NCBI GenBank assembly: GCA_965248575.1
Contig: CBDFJQ010000002.1
Location: 608,001-672,000 of the forward strand
From: Planctomycetota bacterium
Lineage (GTDB): Bacteria > Planctomycetota > B15-G4
Direction: 5' to 3'
Length of the DNA: 64,000 nt
The position numbers and the translations under genes are program-made. Under the pieces are notes generated by a model. That model was not told where the DNA came from. It did not search any database and saw only the letters and a program-made list of their open reading frames with translations. Of the stretch, positions 1-9,788 are shown one piece after another; within the stretch, counting starts at the first letter, position 1, and every line of letters starts with the position of its first letter.

Positions 1-902
1 TCGGGCCAGTCCTGGCCCCGCGTGAAGAGCCAGACACTGGCTTCGGACGGCACGATGTTGGGGGCTTCACCGCCACCCGTGACGACGTAGTGGATGCGCG
101 CCGTCTCCGGCATGTGCTCCCGAAGCAGGTTGACCCCCGTCTCAAAGGCCTCCACGGCGTCCAGGGCCGAGACGCCGCTCCAGGGCGCGCCTGCAGCGTG
201 GGCTGAACGGCCGTAGAACGTGACCTCGAAGGAGCGCAGCGCCTTGCTGGGTTGCATGCTCACCTTGTTCTGGTTGGCGGGGTGCCAGGAGAGGCAGGCG
301 TCCACATCGTCGAACAGTCCGTCGCGCACCATGAAGACCTTGCCCAGGCCCTGCTCTTCGGCCGGGGTCCCGTAGACGCGTACGGTGCCCTGCAAGCCGT
401 GGGACTCCATGGCCTGCTTGAGGGCGATGCCTGCGCCGACGCTTCCCGCTCCAAAGAGGTTGTGCCCGCAGCCGTGGCCGCCGGCGCCGGGGATGCGGAT
501 GGCGTGCTCTGCGGAGACCTCCTGGGACAGCCCAGGCAAGGCGTCGTACTCCGCGAGGTAGGCCACGACGGGGGACCCGCTGCCATAGCTGGCCACGAAG
601 GCGGTGGGCATGTCGGAGACGCCCCGCTCGACCTGGAAGCCATCCGCTTCGAGCATGGCCACCAGGGCATCTGCCGACGCCGACTCGCGCAGGGCAAGCT
701 CGGCGTGGCGCCAGATCTCGAGGCTCGCATTCACCAGGCTGTCGGCATGCGCGTCGACCGATTGCGCTGCCGTTTGCTTGGTGTCCGTCCAGCTGGCCGC
801 GACGCGCAGCGGCTCCGGGCTCTCCTGTTGGGCGAGCCCCAGGGCGCTGCCGGTGGACAGGGCGCTGGCAAGGGACAGAAGGATGGCATGCGGTGCGGAC
901 AT
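1..902 (-). CDS. M20 family amidohydrolase (AbgB-like), 3' end outside window
   Basis: Manual translation (absent from the ORF track because it runs off the window edge): MSAPHAILLSLASAL..., GHGCGHNLFG, GTPAEE, WHP, GRSAHAAGAPW, GGEAPNIVP; GGAG upstream of the ATG at 902. Confidence 0.9.
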   Translation of the reverse strand, partial: MSAPHAILLSLASALSTGSALGLAQQESPEPLRVAASWTDTKQTAAQSVDAHADSLVNASLEIWRHAELALRESASADALVAMLEADGFQVERGVSDMPTAFVASYGSGSPVVAYLAEYDALPGLSQEVSAEHAIRIPGAGGHGCGHNLFGAGSVGAGIALKQAMESHGLQGTVRVYGTPAEEQGLGKVFMVRDGLFDDVDACLSWHPANQNKVSMQPSKALRSFEVTFYGRSAHAAGAPWSGVSALDAVEAFETGVNLLREHMPETARIHYVVTGGGEAPNIVPSEASVWLFTRGQDWP

Positions 903-1099
903 CGGAATCTCCAAGGAAGTGCCGCGCAGATTATCGAATCCTCTATCCTCTCTGCGTCTCCTCAATCCGAACACCGAAAGCCGATCGCTGAGTTCCAAGG
1001 TCGGCAAGGCCTCAGGAGGGCCATCGCGTGCACGATCAGATCAAGGAGGCCCGGCGCGTCGGGCTCGGCAGCGTGGGGTGGCCAGCTGTGGCGGCACGC

Positions 1100-3286
1100 A
1101 TGACGTTGGCGGCGTTGCTGGTGACGGCCGCCGGAAGCGGTCTCGGCAACAGACTGTCAGCCCAGGCGGCTGCATCCACTGCACCCAGCACCGTCGCCGC
1201 GGACTTGCGGACAGGGCAGCAGCTCCTGGGCCAGCAGAAGTTCGACGAGGCCGCGGAGGTCTTTGGCGCACTCACAACGGCTCAGCCAGGTCACGGGCAA
1301 GCGTGGTTCCTGCAAGGTTACGCGCTGCATGCCGCCGGGCGTCTGGATGAGGCACTCAAGGCTCATCTGCAGGCGGTTGTCTTGCGCTTCAACGTGGCCG
1401 GCTCCTCCTACAACGCGGCCTGCGCCTACGCATTGAAGGGCGAGACGGTGCTGGCGCTCGAGTGGCTGGAGCGGGCGTGGGTCGCCGGCTTCGCCGATGT
1501 GAACGGACTGTCGACGGACCCTGACCTCAGCAGCGTCCGCGGGCATGAGCGCTTCAAAGCGCTGCAAGCGGCCATGGGGGAGACGGTTTCGGGCCAGTCG
1601 CTGGCGCTGGGCGAGATCACGACTCTCGGCGATGCCATGCCCGGCATCGGCGGGGGCATCGTGGTGGATGCCGAGGGATCGATCTTCGTCGCCGACTTCC
1701 TGACGACCCTCTACAAGCAGTTGCCCTCGGGCGAGAGGGAGGTGTTCGCCAGCGGGATCCCGGTCCCTTCCGGCATCGGGTTGGACTCCCAAGGGCGTGT
1801 CTACCAATCCGCGTTCAAGGCGGGGGAGGTGCTGCGATTCTCGCCATCCGGGGACACGCGCGAGGTGTTGGCGACAGGCATCCCCGATCCCGTAGGCATC
1901 GTGTTGGACGCTGAAGACCGGGTGTTCGTCACGAGTTGCAAGACGTCCTCCATCTACACCATCAGCCCGGCAGGCTCGCTCAGGCTGCTGGTGCAAGACC
2001 CGCTCTTGCAGTGCCCCAACGGCATCACCCGCGATGAGCAAGGCAACCTCTACGTGTGCAATTTCAACGACGGGATGGTGTTGCGCATCTCTCCCGAGGG
2101 CGAGGTGTCTCCGCTCGCCAACATCCCTGGGGGCAACAACGGGCACATCACCTATCGGCACGGCTTCCTGTGGGTGGCAGCCATGAGCGCCCATCAGCTG
2201 TACCGTTTGAGCCTGGACGGGGAGCTGCGGCTCATCGCGGGCGTAGGGGGCGCTGGAGGTCAGGACGGCCCAGGCCTGCAAGCGACCCTCTTCAAGCCCA
2301 ACGCCATGGCCTTCGATCCCGAGGGCACAACGCTCTACTGGAACGGCCAACGGGGCTACCTCGCTGACCCGGCTTCGAAGCAGGCCAGCATCGTGCGCGG
2401 ACTTGAGCTCGGGCAGAATGCCTTGCAAGAAGAGCAGCAGAGAGAGGCCTCGGGCGCTGGCGAGATGTCCACGCTGGGCGACCCGATCCAGGGCGGCACC
2501 GGTGGCCTGGCGCTGGCAGCGGACGGCAGTGTGCTCATGGCCGACTTCGTCTCCACGCTGTACCGGGTGACTCCGGCGGGAGAGATGAGCGTCTTTGCGA
2601 GCGGCATCCAGACGCCCTCGGGGCTGGCCGTGGATCCGGACGGGCGGGTGTACCAAGCGGCGCTCAACGGGAACAATCTGCTGCGCTTCGAGGCCGACGG
2701 TACGCGCCGCGAGGTGGTCGCGAGCGGGATCCCGGGTCCGGTGGGGGTTGCCATGGGAGCAGAGGGTGAGGTCTTCGTCACCAGCTGCAATGCCAACGCG
2801 ATCTATCGGCTCGACCGCGACGGCTCCTTGTCGCGCTTCGCGCAGAGCCCGCTGCTTCAGTGCCCCAACGGACTCGTCCAGGATGATGAGGGCAACCTCT
2901 ACACCTGCAACTTCAACGATGGTTGGGTGCTGCGCATTTCTGCCGAGGGTGAGGTGTCTCCGCTCGCCAACATCCCGGGCGGCAACAACGGGCACATCAC
3001 CTACCGCTCGGGCTCGCTCTACGTGGCGGGCAAGGCGTCACCACGCCTCTACCGCCTGAGCTTGGAGGGTAGCCTCACAGCACTCGCTGGTACGGGTCGG
3101 AAGGGCGCTGTGGACGGCCCCGCCCTGGGCGCCAGCATGATGCGCCCCAACGGCCTGGTGTTCAGCGCGGATGGACTCAGCCTCTACGTGAACGACCACC
3201 AGGGAGACGCCGTGAATGCCTACGCCGCCGGCCCGAGTGTCCTGCGCAGGCTGACTCTTCCGGAGGGGGTACACGCCGCGCGCTAG
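1100..3286 (+). CDS. Secreted TPR protein with two tandem SMP-30/gluconolactonase/NHL-like beta-propellers
   Basis: Signal-like N-terminus; TPR (AWFLQGYALHAAG, YNAACAYAL); repeated PxGIxxDxxGxxYV blades in two homologous halves; start uncertain (1028 or 1100). Confidence 0.8.
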   Translation: MTLAALLVTAAGSGLGNRLSAQAAASTAPSTVAADLRTGQQLLGQQKFDEAAEVFGALTTAQPGHGQAWFLQGYALHAAGRLDEALKAHLQAVVLRFNVAGSSYNAACAYALKGETVLALEWLERAWVAGFADVNGLSTDPDLSSVRGHERFKALQAAMGETVSGQSLALGEITTLGDAMPGIGGGIVVDAEGSIFVADFLTTLYKQLPSGEREVFASGIPVPSGIGLDSQGRVYQSAFKAGEVLRFSPSGDTREVLATGIPDPVGIVLDAEDRVFVTSCKTSSIYTISPAGSLRLLVQDPLLQCPNGITRDEQGNLYVCNFNDGMVLRISPEGEVSPLANIPGGNNGHITYRHGFLWVAAMSAHQLYRLSLDGELRLIAGVGGAGGQDGPGLQATLFKPNAMAFDPEGTTLYWNGQRGYLADPASKQASIVRGLELGQNALQEEQQREASGAGEMSTLGDPIQGGTGGLALAADGSVLMADFVSTLYRVTPAGEMSVFASGIQTPSGLAVDPDGRVYQAALNGNNLLRFEADGTRREVVASGIPGPVGVAMGAEGEVFVTSCNANAIYRLDRDGSLSRFAQSPLLQCPNGLVQDDEGNLYTCNFNDGWVLRISAEGEVSPLANIPGGNNGHITYRSGSLYVAGKASPRLYRLSLEGSLTALAGTGRKGAVDGPALGASMMRPNGLVFSADGLSLYVNDHQGDAVNAYAAGPSVLRRLTLPEGVHAAR

Positions 3287-3311
3287 CAAGCCCTGTTCGA
3301 TGTCAGCCCGC

Positions 3312-5156
3312 TCAGGCGCTTAACTGTTCGAGCTGTTTGTCGAAACGTGCTCGTGCCGTCTCCAGTTCGTCGCTGACACGCTCCAGCTCTTCAAAGTGTT
3401 CTTCGATGGTCGCGCGTTTCGCGGCGGCCTGGGTGGCCAGCTTGGCCAGGTCGCTGCTGCGACCGTCAGAGGCGGCCCACGTGATCTGCTGCTCCGCGTC
3501 CTTCACCTCGTCCTCCAGCTGGACGATGGCCTTCTCGAGCTTGTTCACTCGGTTCTTCAAGGGGTTCGTGGCCTTGCTGCGTGCCGTCACGATCTCGGCC
3601 CGCTTGCGGCGCATCTCCTTGGACTTCGGAGCGCTGGCGGCCTTCTTCTTGGTGTTCAGCCCTTCGTCCGTCTCTGACTGCCACCCGACCCGATCCAGGA
3701 AGTCCCGGTAGCCGCCCTGGAAGAGGGAGACCTTGCCGCCGTCGAAAACGATCAGTCGCGTGGCCAGGCGTTCGAGGATCATCTCGCTGTGAGTGACCAA
3801 CAGGACGCTTCCGGGGAAGGCGTCCACGGCGTCCATGAGGCCGTCGATGCTCTCGATGTCGAGGTGGTTCGTGGGTTCGTCGAGCAACAGGAGGTTGGCG
3901 GGGCTGACGAGCAGCTTGCCCAGCAGGACGCGGCTGCGCTCGCCGCCTGAGAGCACCTCGATGCGCTTGAGGGCGCTGTCTCCGGAGAACATCAGCAGAC
4001 CGCAGAGGGTGCGTACGCCCGTCCGGTTCTTGTCGGGGTGCACCGCCAGCAGTTCTTCTTCGACGGTGTTGCGTGTGTCGAGCCGGGCGATGTTGGTCTG
4101 GCCGAAGTAGGCGATCTGGGTGTTGGGGTTCTGCTTGATCACGCCCGCGCGGGGTGCGAACTCCGATGCCAACAGGTTGAGCAGCGTCGTCTTGCCCTTG
4201 CCGTTGGGCCCGATGATGGCGATGCGATCCCCTCGATCGATGGTGAAGTCGAGTCCCTCGAGCAGCGATGGGCCATCTGGAAAACCGAACTCCAGGTCGC
4301 TCACCGTCATCATGGTGCTGGAGTGGAAGGGCGCCGCGTTGAACTTGAAGGCGAGGTCAGCCTGCGTCTCCAAGGCCTCCATCTCTCCGCGCCGCGCCAA
4401 GGCCTTGATACGCGATTGCACGAGCGTTGCCTTGGAAGCCTTGGAGCGGAAGCGCTCGATGAAGCGTTCTTCCTGTTTGCGCTTCTTCTGCTCGTTGGCC
4501 CGGGTGCTCTCGTAGATCTCCTCCTCGGTGAAGATCTGCTCGTACAGCTTCTCCACGCTGCCTTCCATGCGCCTCAGCTTGCGCCGATGCACGGCCATGG
4601 TGTGGGTCGTGACGCTGTTCATGAACTGCCGATCGTGCGTGATCAGCATGAGCTCGTTGCGCCATGAGCGGAGGTAGCGGCTGAGCCAGCGCACCGACAC
4701 GATGTCCAGGTAGTTGGTGGGCTCATCGAGCAGGAGCAGGTTCGGCTCTTCCACGAGCACGCGCGCGAGGTTCACGCGGATCTGGTAGCCGCCTGAGAAC
4801 TCGCTGGCCGGCCGGGTCAGCTCTTGCTTGCTGAAGCCCAGGCCCATGAGCGCAGCCTCGGCGCGATAGCCCTCCTCGCTGACGCGGTCACCGAGCACCT
4901 TCAGCACTTCGTCGAGGATACTTGCCTCGTGGAACTCGAGGTGCTGGGACAAGTGGCCGATGCGGTAGCCCTTGGGCAGCACGATGGTGCCGCCGTCGCT
5001 GGACTCCTCGCCCAGCAACATGCGAAAGAGCGTCGTCTTGCCGTGGCCATTGCGGCCGACGATCCCGAGCCGTTCGCCGGGTGTCATCAGGAAGGTGGCG
5101 TCGTCGAAGACGACCTGCTCACCATAGGACTTGGCGAGGTTCTGGACCGAGATCAT
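3312..5156 (-). CDS. ABC-F family ATP-binding protein (YheS/Uup-like)
   Basis: Two ABC cassettes (GRNGHGKTT, FSGG, LLLDEPTNYLD; GPNGKGKTT, LSGGE, LLLDEPTNHLD), inter-ABC linker, C-terminal coiled coil, no TM segments. Confidence 0.93.
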   Translation of the reverse strand: MISVQNLAKSYGEQVVFDDATFLMTPGERLGIVGRNGHGKTTLFRMLLGEESSDGGTIVLPKGYRIGHLSQHLEFHEASILDEVLKVLGDRVSEEGYRAEAALMGLGFSKQELTRPASEFSGGYQIRVNLARVLVEEPNLLLLDEPTNYLDIVSVRWLSRYLRSWRNELMLITHDRQFMNSVTTHTMAVHRRKLRRMEGSVEKLYEQIFTEEEIYESTRANEQKKRKQEERFIERFRSKASKATLVQSRIKALARRGEMEALETQADLAFKFNAAPFHSSTMMTVSDLEFGFPDGPSLLEGLDFTIDRGDRIAIIGPNGKGKTTLLNLLASEFAPRAGVIKQNPNTQIAYFGQTNIARLDTRNTVEEELLAVHPDKNRTGVRTLCGLLMFSGDSALKRIEVLSGGERSRVLLGKLLVSPANLLLLDEPTNHLDIESIDGLMDAVDAFPGSVLLVTHSEMILERLATRLIVFDGGKVSLFQGGYRDFLDRVGWQSETDEGLNTKKKAASAPKSKEMRRKRAEIVTARSKATNPLKNRVNKLEKAIVQLEDEVKDAEQQITWAASDGRSSDLAKLATQAAAKRATIEEHFEELERVSDELETARARFDKQLEQLSA

Positions 5157-5348
5157 GAGCGGAGCGGGGCCGGGTGGCACGGGGCCGAGGTGCTGCGGAA
5201 CGGGCCACGGCGTGCAGCCATGGGCTGGCGCGCGAGCTGGCCACGGAGAAAGGGTGGCCAGGGATGGTCGGGGCTCTCGTGCCCGGCGTCAACAACGGCC
5301 TGGAGGCGTTCGATTCAGGCGTCGATGATTTTGCCGTCGACCCGCGCT

Positions 5349-5783
5349 TCAGCCAGTGCTGCGCAAGGTGAAGTGCAGCCGCATGATCGAGCGGCGGTCG
5401 TCTTCCAGCTCCAGATTGCGGTAGCAGGAGTCGAAGTCCACCCAGCGCACATCGGCCACGGATTCGGTGGGGTAGAGGTCGACCCCCTCACCCCGCACCT
5501 GGTAGCCAACGCTCCAGTCCACCTCGTCCAGGTCACCGATCTGCAGGTGCGTGGCCAGTTGGAGGTCCACGATCTGGCGTGGCGCATCGAGACCGACGAG
5601 CTCGCCCGCATTGCGCACGGCTGCCTGGAAGATGTTCTCGTCCGGGCGCATGACACCCGTCACGGGGGCCCAGAAGGACTCCATGACCGGCTCGTTGCGC
5701 ACCACCAGGTACTCAAAGCGATCAGCAGTCCGGCGAAAGGCGAAGACCCGGACGCGGTGCAGTTGCTCAGCCATGGTGTCCAT
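5349..5783 (-). CDS. Nudix-fold protein (NudB-like) with degenerate Nudix box
   Basis: FWAPVTGVMRPDENIFQAAVRNAGELVGL aligns to WxxVTG plus GX5EX7REUXEEXGU; downstream RWV motif. Confidence 0.7.
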   Translation of the reverse strand: MDTMAEQLHRVRVFAFRRTADRFEYLVVRNEPVMESFWAPVTGVMRPDENIFQAAVRNAGELVGLDAPRQIVDLQLATHLQIGDLDEVDWSVGYQVRGEGVDLYPTESVADVRWVDFDSCYRNLELEDDRRSIMRLHFTLRSTG

Positions 5784-5888
5784 CCCGAAAGAGGCGCTGT
5801 AGCGGTGGATTCCGCGATAAAGCGATCTATCGTGATGCGACCATGTTTCCCTTGAGTGGAAAGGCCGGGAAAGCCTGGAACGACCCTT

Positions 5889-7442
5889 TCAGGCTTCGGG
5901 GGCAGGCGCTCCAAAGCTGCCCTGGATGAGCGATTTGAAGCCCTGGAGGGCGGTGCGTTGCATGGAGAACTGGAGGCCACGCAGGCCACCGAGTTCCTCA
6001 CCGCCACCGGCTCGACCGGGCCCGCCATGGGTCATTGACGGCAGGACGAGCCCGGGGCCCATGCCGTGCTCAGCCACCTTGCTGCCGCCCATGTAGATGC
6101 GGCCGCTCCAGGGGGCGAGCCCCAGGGCGAGATCCGTGGCGAATCGGCGGTTGTCGCTGTAGAGCGAGGTGAGCAGGCTGCCACCACCACGCGCGACAAG
6201 GCGTACGGCCTCCTCGGCCTTGCCCGAGTAGGGCACCAGGGTCGCGACGGGGCCAAACACCTCGTCCGCGTGGACGGCGTCCGCGTCGCCGTTCCGGGCT
6301 CGCAGCAGCGTTGGCATCTGGAAGGGGCCTTGCTCAAACGGGGAGCTGTCACCACCGCAGAGCACGTCGGCGACGGACTGCAGCTTGGACAACCCCTGGC
6401 GCACCGACGCGAGTTGTGCCGCGTTGGTGAGCGGGCCCATGCGGGTCTCGCTGTCCGTGGGGGCGCCCACCTTCACCCGGGCGAGGGCCTCGACCAGGGC
6501 TTCGCCAACATCATCGAGCATGGCCTCGGGCACGAGGATGCGGCGCACCGCGGTGCACTTCTGGCCGGCCTTCTGGGTCATCTCCCGCGCCATCTCCCGC
6601 AGGAACATGTCGAAGGCAGCGCAGTCGTCCTCAACGTCCGGGCCGAGCACTGCGGCGTTGAGGGAGTCGGCCTCGGCGTTGAGGCGTGCGGCGCGCTGCA
6701 CGAAGGCTGGATGGGCGCGCAGGATCCGGGCGGTGCCCGACGACCCGGTGAAGGCCACGCAGTCCTGGGACTCGACGTGGTTCAGCAGATCACCAGCACC
6801 TCCGGCCAGGAAGCTGAAGGCACCCTCGGGCAGGATGCCGGAGTCCACGATGATGTGTGCGATGCGCTCTGCCATGAGCGCCGTGGGGGTGCCGGGCTTC
6901 TCGAGCACCGGGACCCCGGCCAGCAGCGAGCACGCGGCCTTCTCCATCATGCCCCAGGCGGGAAAGTTGAAGGCGTTGATGTGCACGCCCACGCCGAGCC
7001 GCGAGACCCAGACGTGTTGGCCCTGGAAGTGCGGCGAACGGGAGAGCTGGATGGGGTCGCCGTCGGGCAGGAAGGTGCCGTCGGCGGGGAGCCCCTTGGC
7101 GAAGTAGGCGTAGGAGGCCAGGGTGCCCGTGGCACCATCGATGTCGAACTTGGCATCGCCGCGGGTGTTGCCGGCGTTGCGGATGCCCAGCTCGATGAGC
7201 TCTTCCCTGTGCTCGTGGATGGCTGCGCTGAGGGCCTTCAAGGCCGCGCCGCGCTCGGCGAAGGTCATGGCCCGCAGGGCGGGTCCGCCGATGCTGCGGG
7301 CGTGGCTGAGGGCTCCGCCCAGATCCAGGCCCTCGCTGCTCGCCGTGGCCAGGACCTCATCAGTCATGGGATTGACCAGCGGGCTTCCCTCACCGTCACC
7401 TGTGACCCATTGCCCGGAAAGGTAGCTCTGGAGCTTGCTCAT
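5889..7442 (-). CDS. 3,4-dehydroadipyl-CoA semialdehyde dehydrogenase / PaaZ-type aldehyde dehydrogenase (no MaoC domain)
   Basis: INAFNFPAWG, FTGS, EADSLN, KAGQKCTAVRR, EVFGPVAT, HGGPGRAGGGEELGGLR; GGAG RBS before ATG 7442. Confidence 0.88.
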   Translation of the reverse strand: MSKLQSYLSGQWVTGDGEGSPLVNPMTDEVLATASSEGLDLGGALSHARSIGGPALRAMTFAERGAALKALSAAIHEHREELIELGIRNAGNTRGDAKFDIDGATGTLASYAYFAKGLPADGTFLPDGDPIQLSRSPHFQGQHVWVSRLGVGVHINAFNFPAWGMMEKAACSLLAGVPVLEKPGTPTALMAERIAHIIVDSGILPEGAFSFLAGGAGDLLNHVESQDCVAFTGSSGTARILRAHPAFVQRAARLNAEADSLNAAVLGPDVEDDCAAFDMFLREMAREMTQKAGQKCTAVRRILVPEAMLDDVGEALVEALARVKVGAPTDSETRMGPLTNAAQLASVRQGLSKLQSVADVLCGGDSSPFEQGPFQMPTLLRARNGDADAVHADEVFGPVATLVPYSGKAEEAVRLVARGGGSLLTSLYSDNRRFATDLALGLAPWSGRIYMGGSKVAEHGMGPGLVLPSMTHGGPGRAGGGEELGGLRGLQFSMQRTALQGFKSLIQGSFGAPAPEA

Positions 7443-7662
7443 GTTGTTCTCCGTCGGTGGGCGCGCGCGTTCCTGCACAGGCTCGGACCGATCGGGCACC
7501 CTAGCAAGGCGACGTGGCTGGGCTCCAGCGCCCGCCCCACACTCGTCATTTGGCTGCCGGCGCATGGACGCCTTGGGCTGGGGGATCCACGACGTATCAT
7601 GCGGCCCTCCGGGAGCCTCTTGCCGAGTAGGGCTCCCTCCGATCCTTGGGAGCGTCCTGACC

Positions 7663-8502
7663 ATGCACCGAACCCTCCGTTTGCTTTCCTGCCTGGCCTT
7701 GGCCGCCCTGCCTGCTTGCTTGGGCCCCTCGGGACAGTCCCTGAGCGCCAGCGAGTACCGCGAAATGGAGCGGCTCACGGCGGCACGCGAACCGAGCGCT
7801 TCCAGCGTCGAAGGTGCGGAGAAGGCCCGCCGTTCCCTGGACGACCGGAGTCGCCAGCTCGACGACCGACGCGCCGACCATTCCCACAACACCGCCAGCC
7901 TGGCGGGGCGCGTGACACGGACGGATCTCGAGCACGCCACTGCCCTGGCGGACGAGACACTGGCCCTGTCGGCAGCCCAGCGGGAGCTGGTGCTGGCTCA
8001 GGAGGACCTGGCTCATTTCAAGACCGTGCTCATGGATCGGCGGATTCGGGCCAGCGAGCTGACGCTGCAGTCGTCCGAGCACGGCCTCTTGGAGACGCGC
8101 GAAGAGCTGGCACAGTTGGAACTCATGTACGGGGCATCTGAGCTCGGCGACTCCACCGCCGAGATCGTGCTGGAGCGCACGCGTCGTCGCCTGATGTTGT
8201 CGGAGTTGCGGCACAAGCTGCGTGTACAGGAAGCGGCGGAGCTGAAGTCGCGCACCCTGCCCCGTGAGCTCGCGAAGCTGAAGACCGCGCTCGTACAGAA
8301 GACCGTGGCCAATGAGAACACCAAGCGGCGCTTGGATCGTCAGGCTATGGAACGCGCTGCAGCCACGCGCGACCTCGAACACGAACAGCGGAAACTCGAG
8401 CGGGAGACGGCCGCCATCGGTGAAGAGGCGCGACTCCTGGATGTCGACCGGCGCAAGTGGAACCGCGAGCAAGACGACGCACGACGCGCGGGAACGCCCT
8501 GA
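7663..8502 (+). CDS. Coiled-coil lipoprotein of unknown function
   Basis: MHRTLRLLSCLALAALPAC lipobox; long E/R/L/A-rich heptad sequence; stop overlaps next ATG (TGATG). Confidence 0.75.
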   Translation: MHRTLRLLSCLALAALPACLGPSGQSLSASEYREMERLTAAREPSASSVEGAEKARRSLDDRSRQLDDRRADHSHNTASLAGRVTRTDLEHATALADETLALSAAQRELVLAQEDLAHFKTVLMDRRIRASELTLQSSEHGLLETREELAQLELMYGASELGDSTAEIVLERTRRRLMLSELRHKLRVQEAAELKSRTLPRELAKLKTALVQKTVANENTKRRLDRQAMERAAATRDLEHEQRKLERETAAIGEEARLLDVDRRKWNREQDDARRAGTP

Positions 8503-9788
8503 TGTTTCTTCCAGTGATCGGAAGGGCCTTCGGCGTCGGGCTGCTCATGGCTGCGAGTCCGGCCTGGGCCCAAGACGCCACGCCCACCGCACCCACGGAT
8601 CCGCGGCTGCTGGTTCACCTGTCGCCCGAGGAGGTGCTGGAGACTGCGGACCGGGATCAAGGGCCGATCCTGCTCCCGGACCGGGAGGCGATCTTCGACT
8701 CCATGAGCCAAGGGGTTGAGTACCTGCTCTCGTCCCAGAACGACGACGGGAGCTGGGGCAGCTGGGACGAGCCGGCGCACGCCTTCTGGAGCAACCCCCA
8801 CAGCCACTTTGCCTGGATCGCCGGCACCACGGGCTTGGGGCTCATGTCCTTGCTTGAGCAAGCCGAGGACCCGCGTCTGGCGCAGGCCTGCGACCGGGCC
8901 GTGGACTTCCTGACGAAGCAGGCGACGCTCAAGCGTCCCTCCGATTGGGATGTCGACAACACCTGGGGTTGCCTCTATGGCCTGGCCGGCTTGTCCGAGG
9001 CCCTGATGACTGCGCGCTTTCAGGCGGACGAGGAGCGGGCAGCTGCCATGCGTGCGAAGTGTGCCGAGTACATCGTGCAACTGTCCGGGTTGCAGGCACC
9101 GGATGGCGGGTGGGGGTACTACGACTTCGACACCTTGGCGCAGCGGCCGAGCTGGAGCACGAGCTTCATGACGGCGGTGGGTGTGCTCGCCCTGATCCGG
9201 GCAGAGGAGGTCGGTGTTCAGGTGCCCGAAGGCATGTTGGAGGCTGCGGTGGTCGCTGTCGAGCGCTGCCGCTTGCCGACAGGTGCCTACACCTATTCCG
9301 TCATGGCGGTCCCATCGCCAGGCGGCGTGGGCCGCATCAATCGCATGCAGGGCTCCCTCTCTCGGGTGCAGGTGTGCAACCTGGCCCTGCGAGTGGCGGG
9401 CTCGGATCTGGTGTCCCACCAGGACCTGCTGGACGGGCTGGATGCCTTCTTCGAGCACCACCGCTTCCTGGACATCGCTCGCGGCAAGCCCATCCCGCAC
9501 GAGGCCTACTACCAGAACTCCGGCTACTTCTACTTCTTCGGGCACTTCTACGCAGCGGGGGTCCTGGACCTGCTCAACCCCGCGGAACAGAGCCGCTACC
9601 GCTCGCGCCTGGCGCGAGAGGTGGTGAAGACGCAGGAGGCCGATGGCTCCATGTGGGACTACTACTTCAACACCTACCACAAGCCCTACGGCACATCCTT
9701 CGGCGTCATGACCTTGTTGCGAACGCTGCCTCGGGAGCGCAGTGATTGGAGTCGAGCTGAGCCAGGACCGACCGAGGGCCAGCGCTAG
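8502..9788 (+). CDS. Secreted prenyltransferase/squalene-cyclase (QW) repeat alpha-barrel protein
   Basis: Signal peptide ending AWA-Q; QW motifs QNDDGSWG, QAPDGGWG, QEADGSMW. Confidence 0.82.
   Translation: MFLPVIGRAFGVGLLMAASPAWAQDATPTAPTDPRLLVHLSPEEVLETADRDQGPILLPDREAIFDSMSQGVEYLLSSQNDDGSWGSWDEPAHAFWSNPHSHFAWIAGTTGLGLMSLLEQAEDPRLAQACDRAVDFLTKQATLKRPSDWDVDNTWGCLYGLAGLSEALMTARFQADEERAAAMRAKCAEYIVQLSGLQAPDGGWGYYDFDTLAQRPSWSTSFMTAVGVLALIRAEEVGVQVPEGMLEAAVVAVERCRLPTGAYTYSVMAVPSPGGVGRINRMQGSLSRVQVCNLALRVAGSDLVSHQDLLDGLDAFFEHHRFLDIARGKPIPHEAYYQNSGYFYFFGHFYAAGVLDLLNPAEQSRYRSRLAREVVKTQEADGSMWDYYFNTYHKPYGTSFGVMTLLRTLPRERSDWSRAEPGPTEGQR

Noticed and set aside
8502..9788. Squalene-hopene cyclase
   Set aside because: Too short for two barrels, has a signal peptide, and lacks a true DxDD in the expected position
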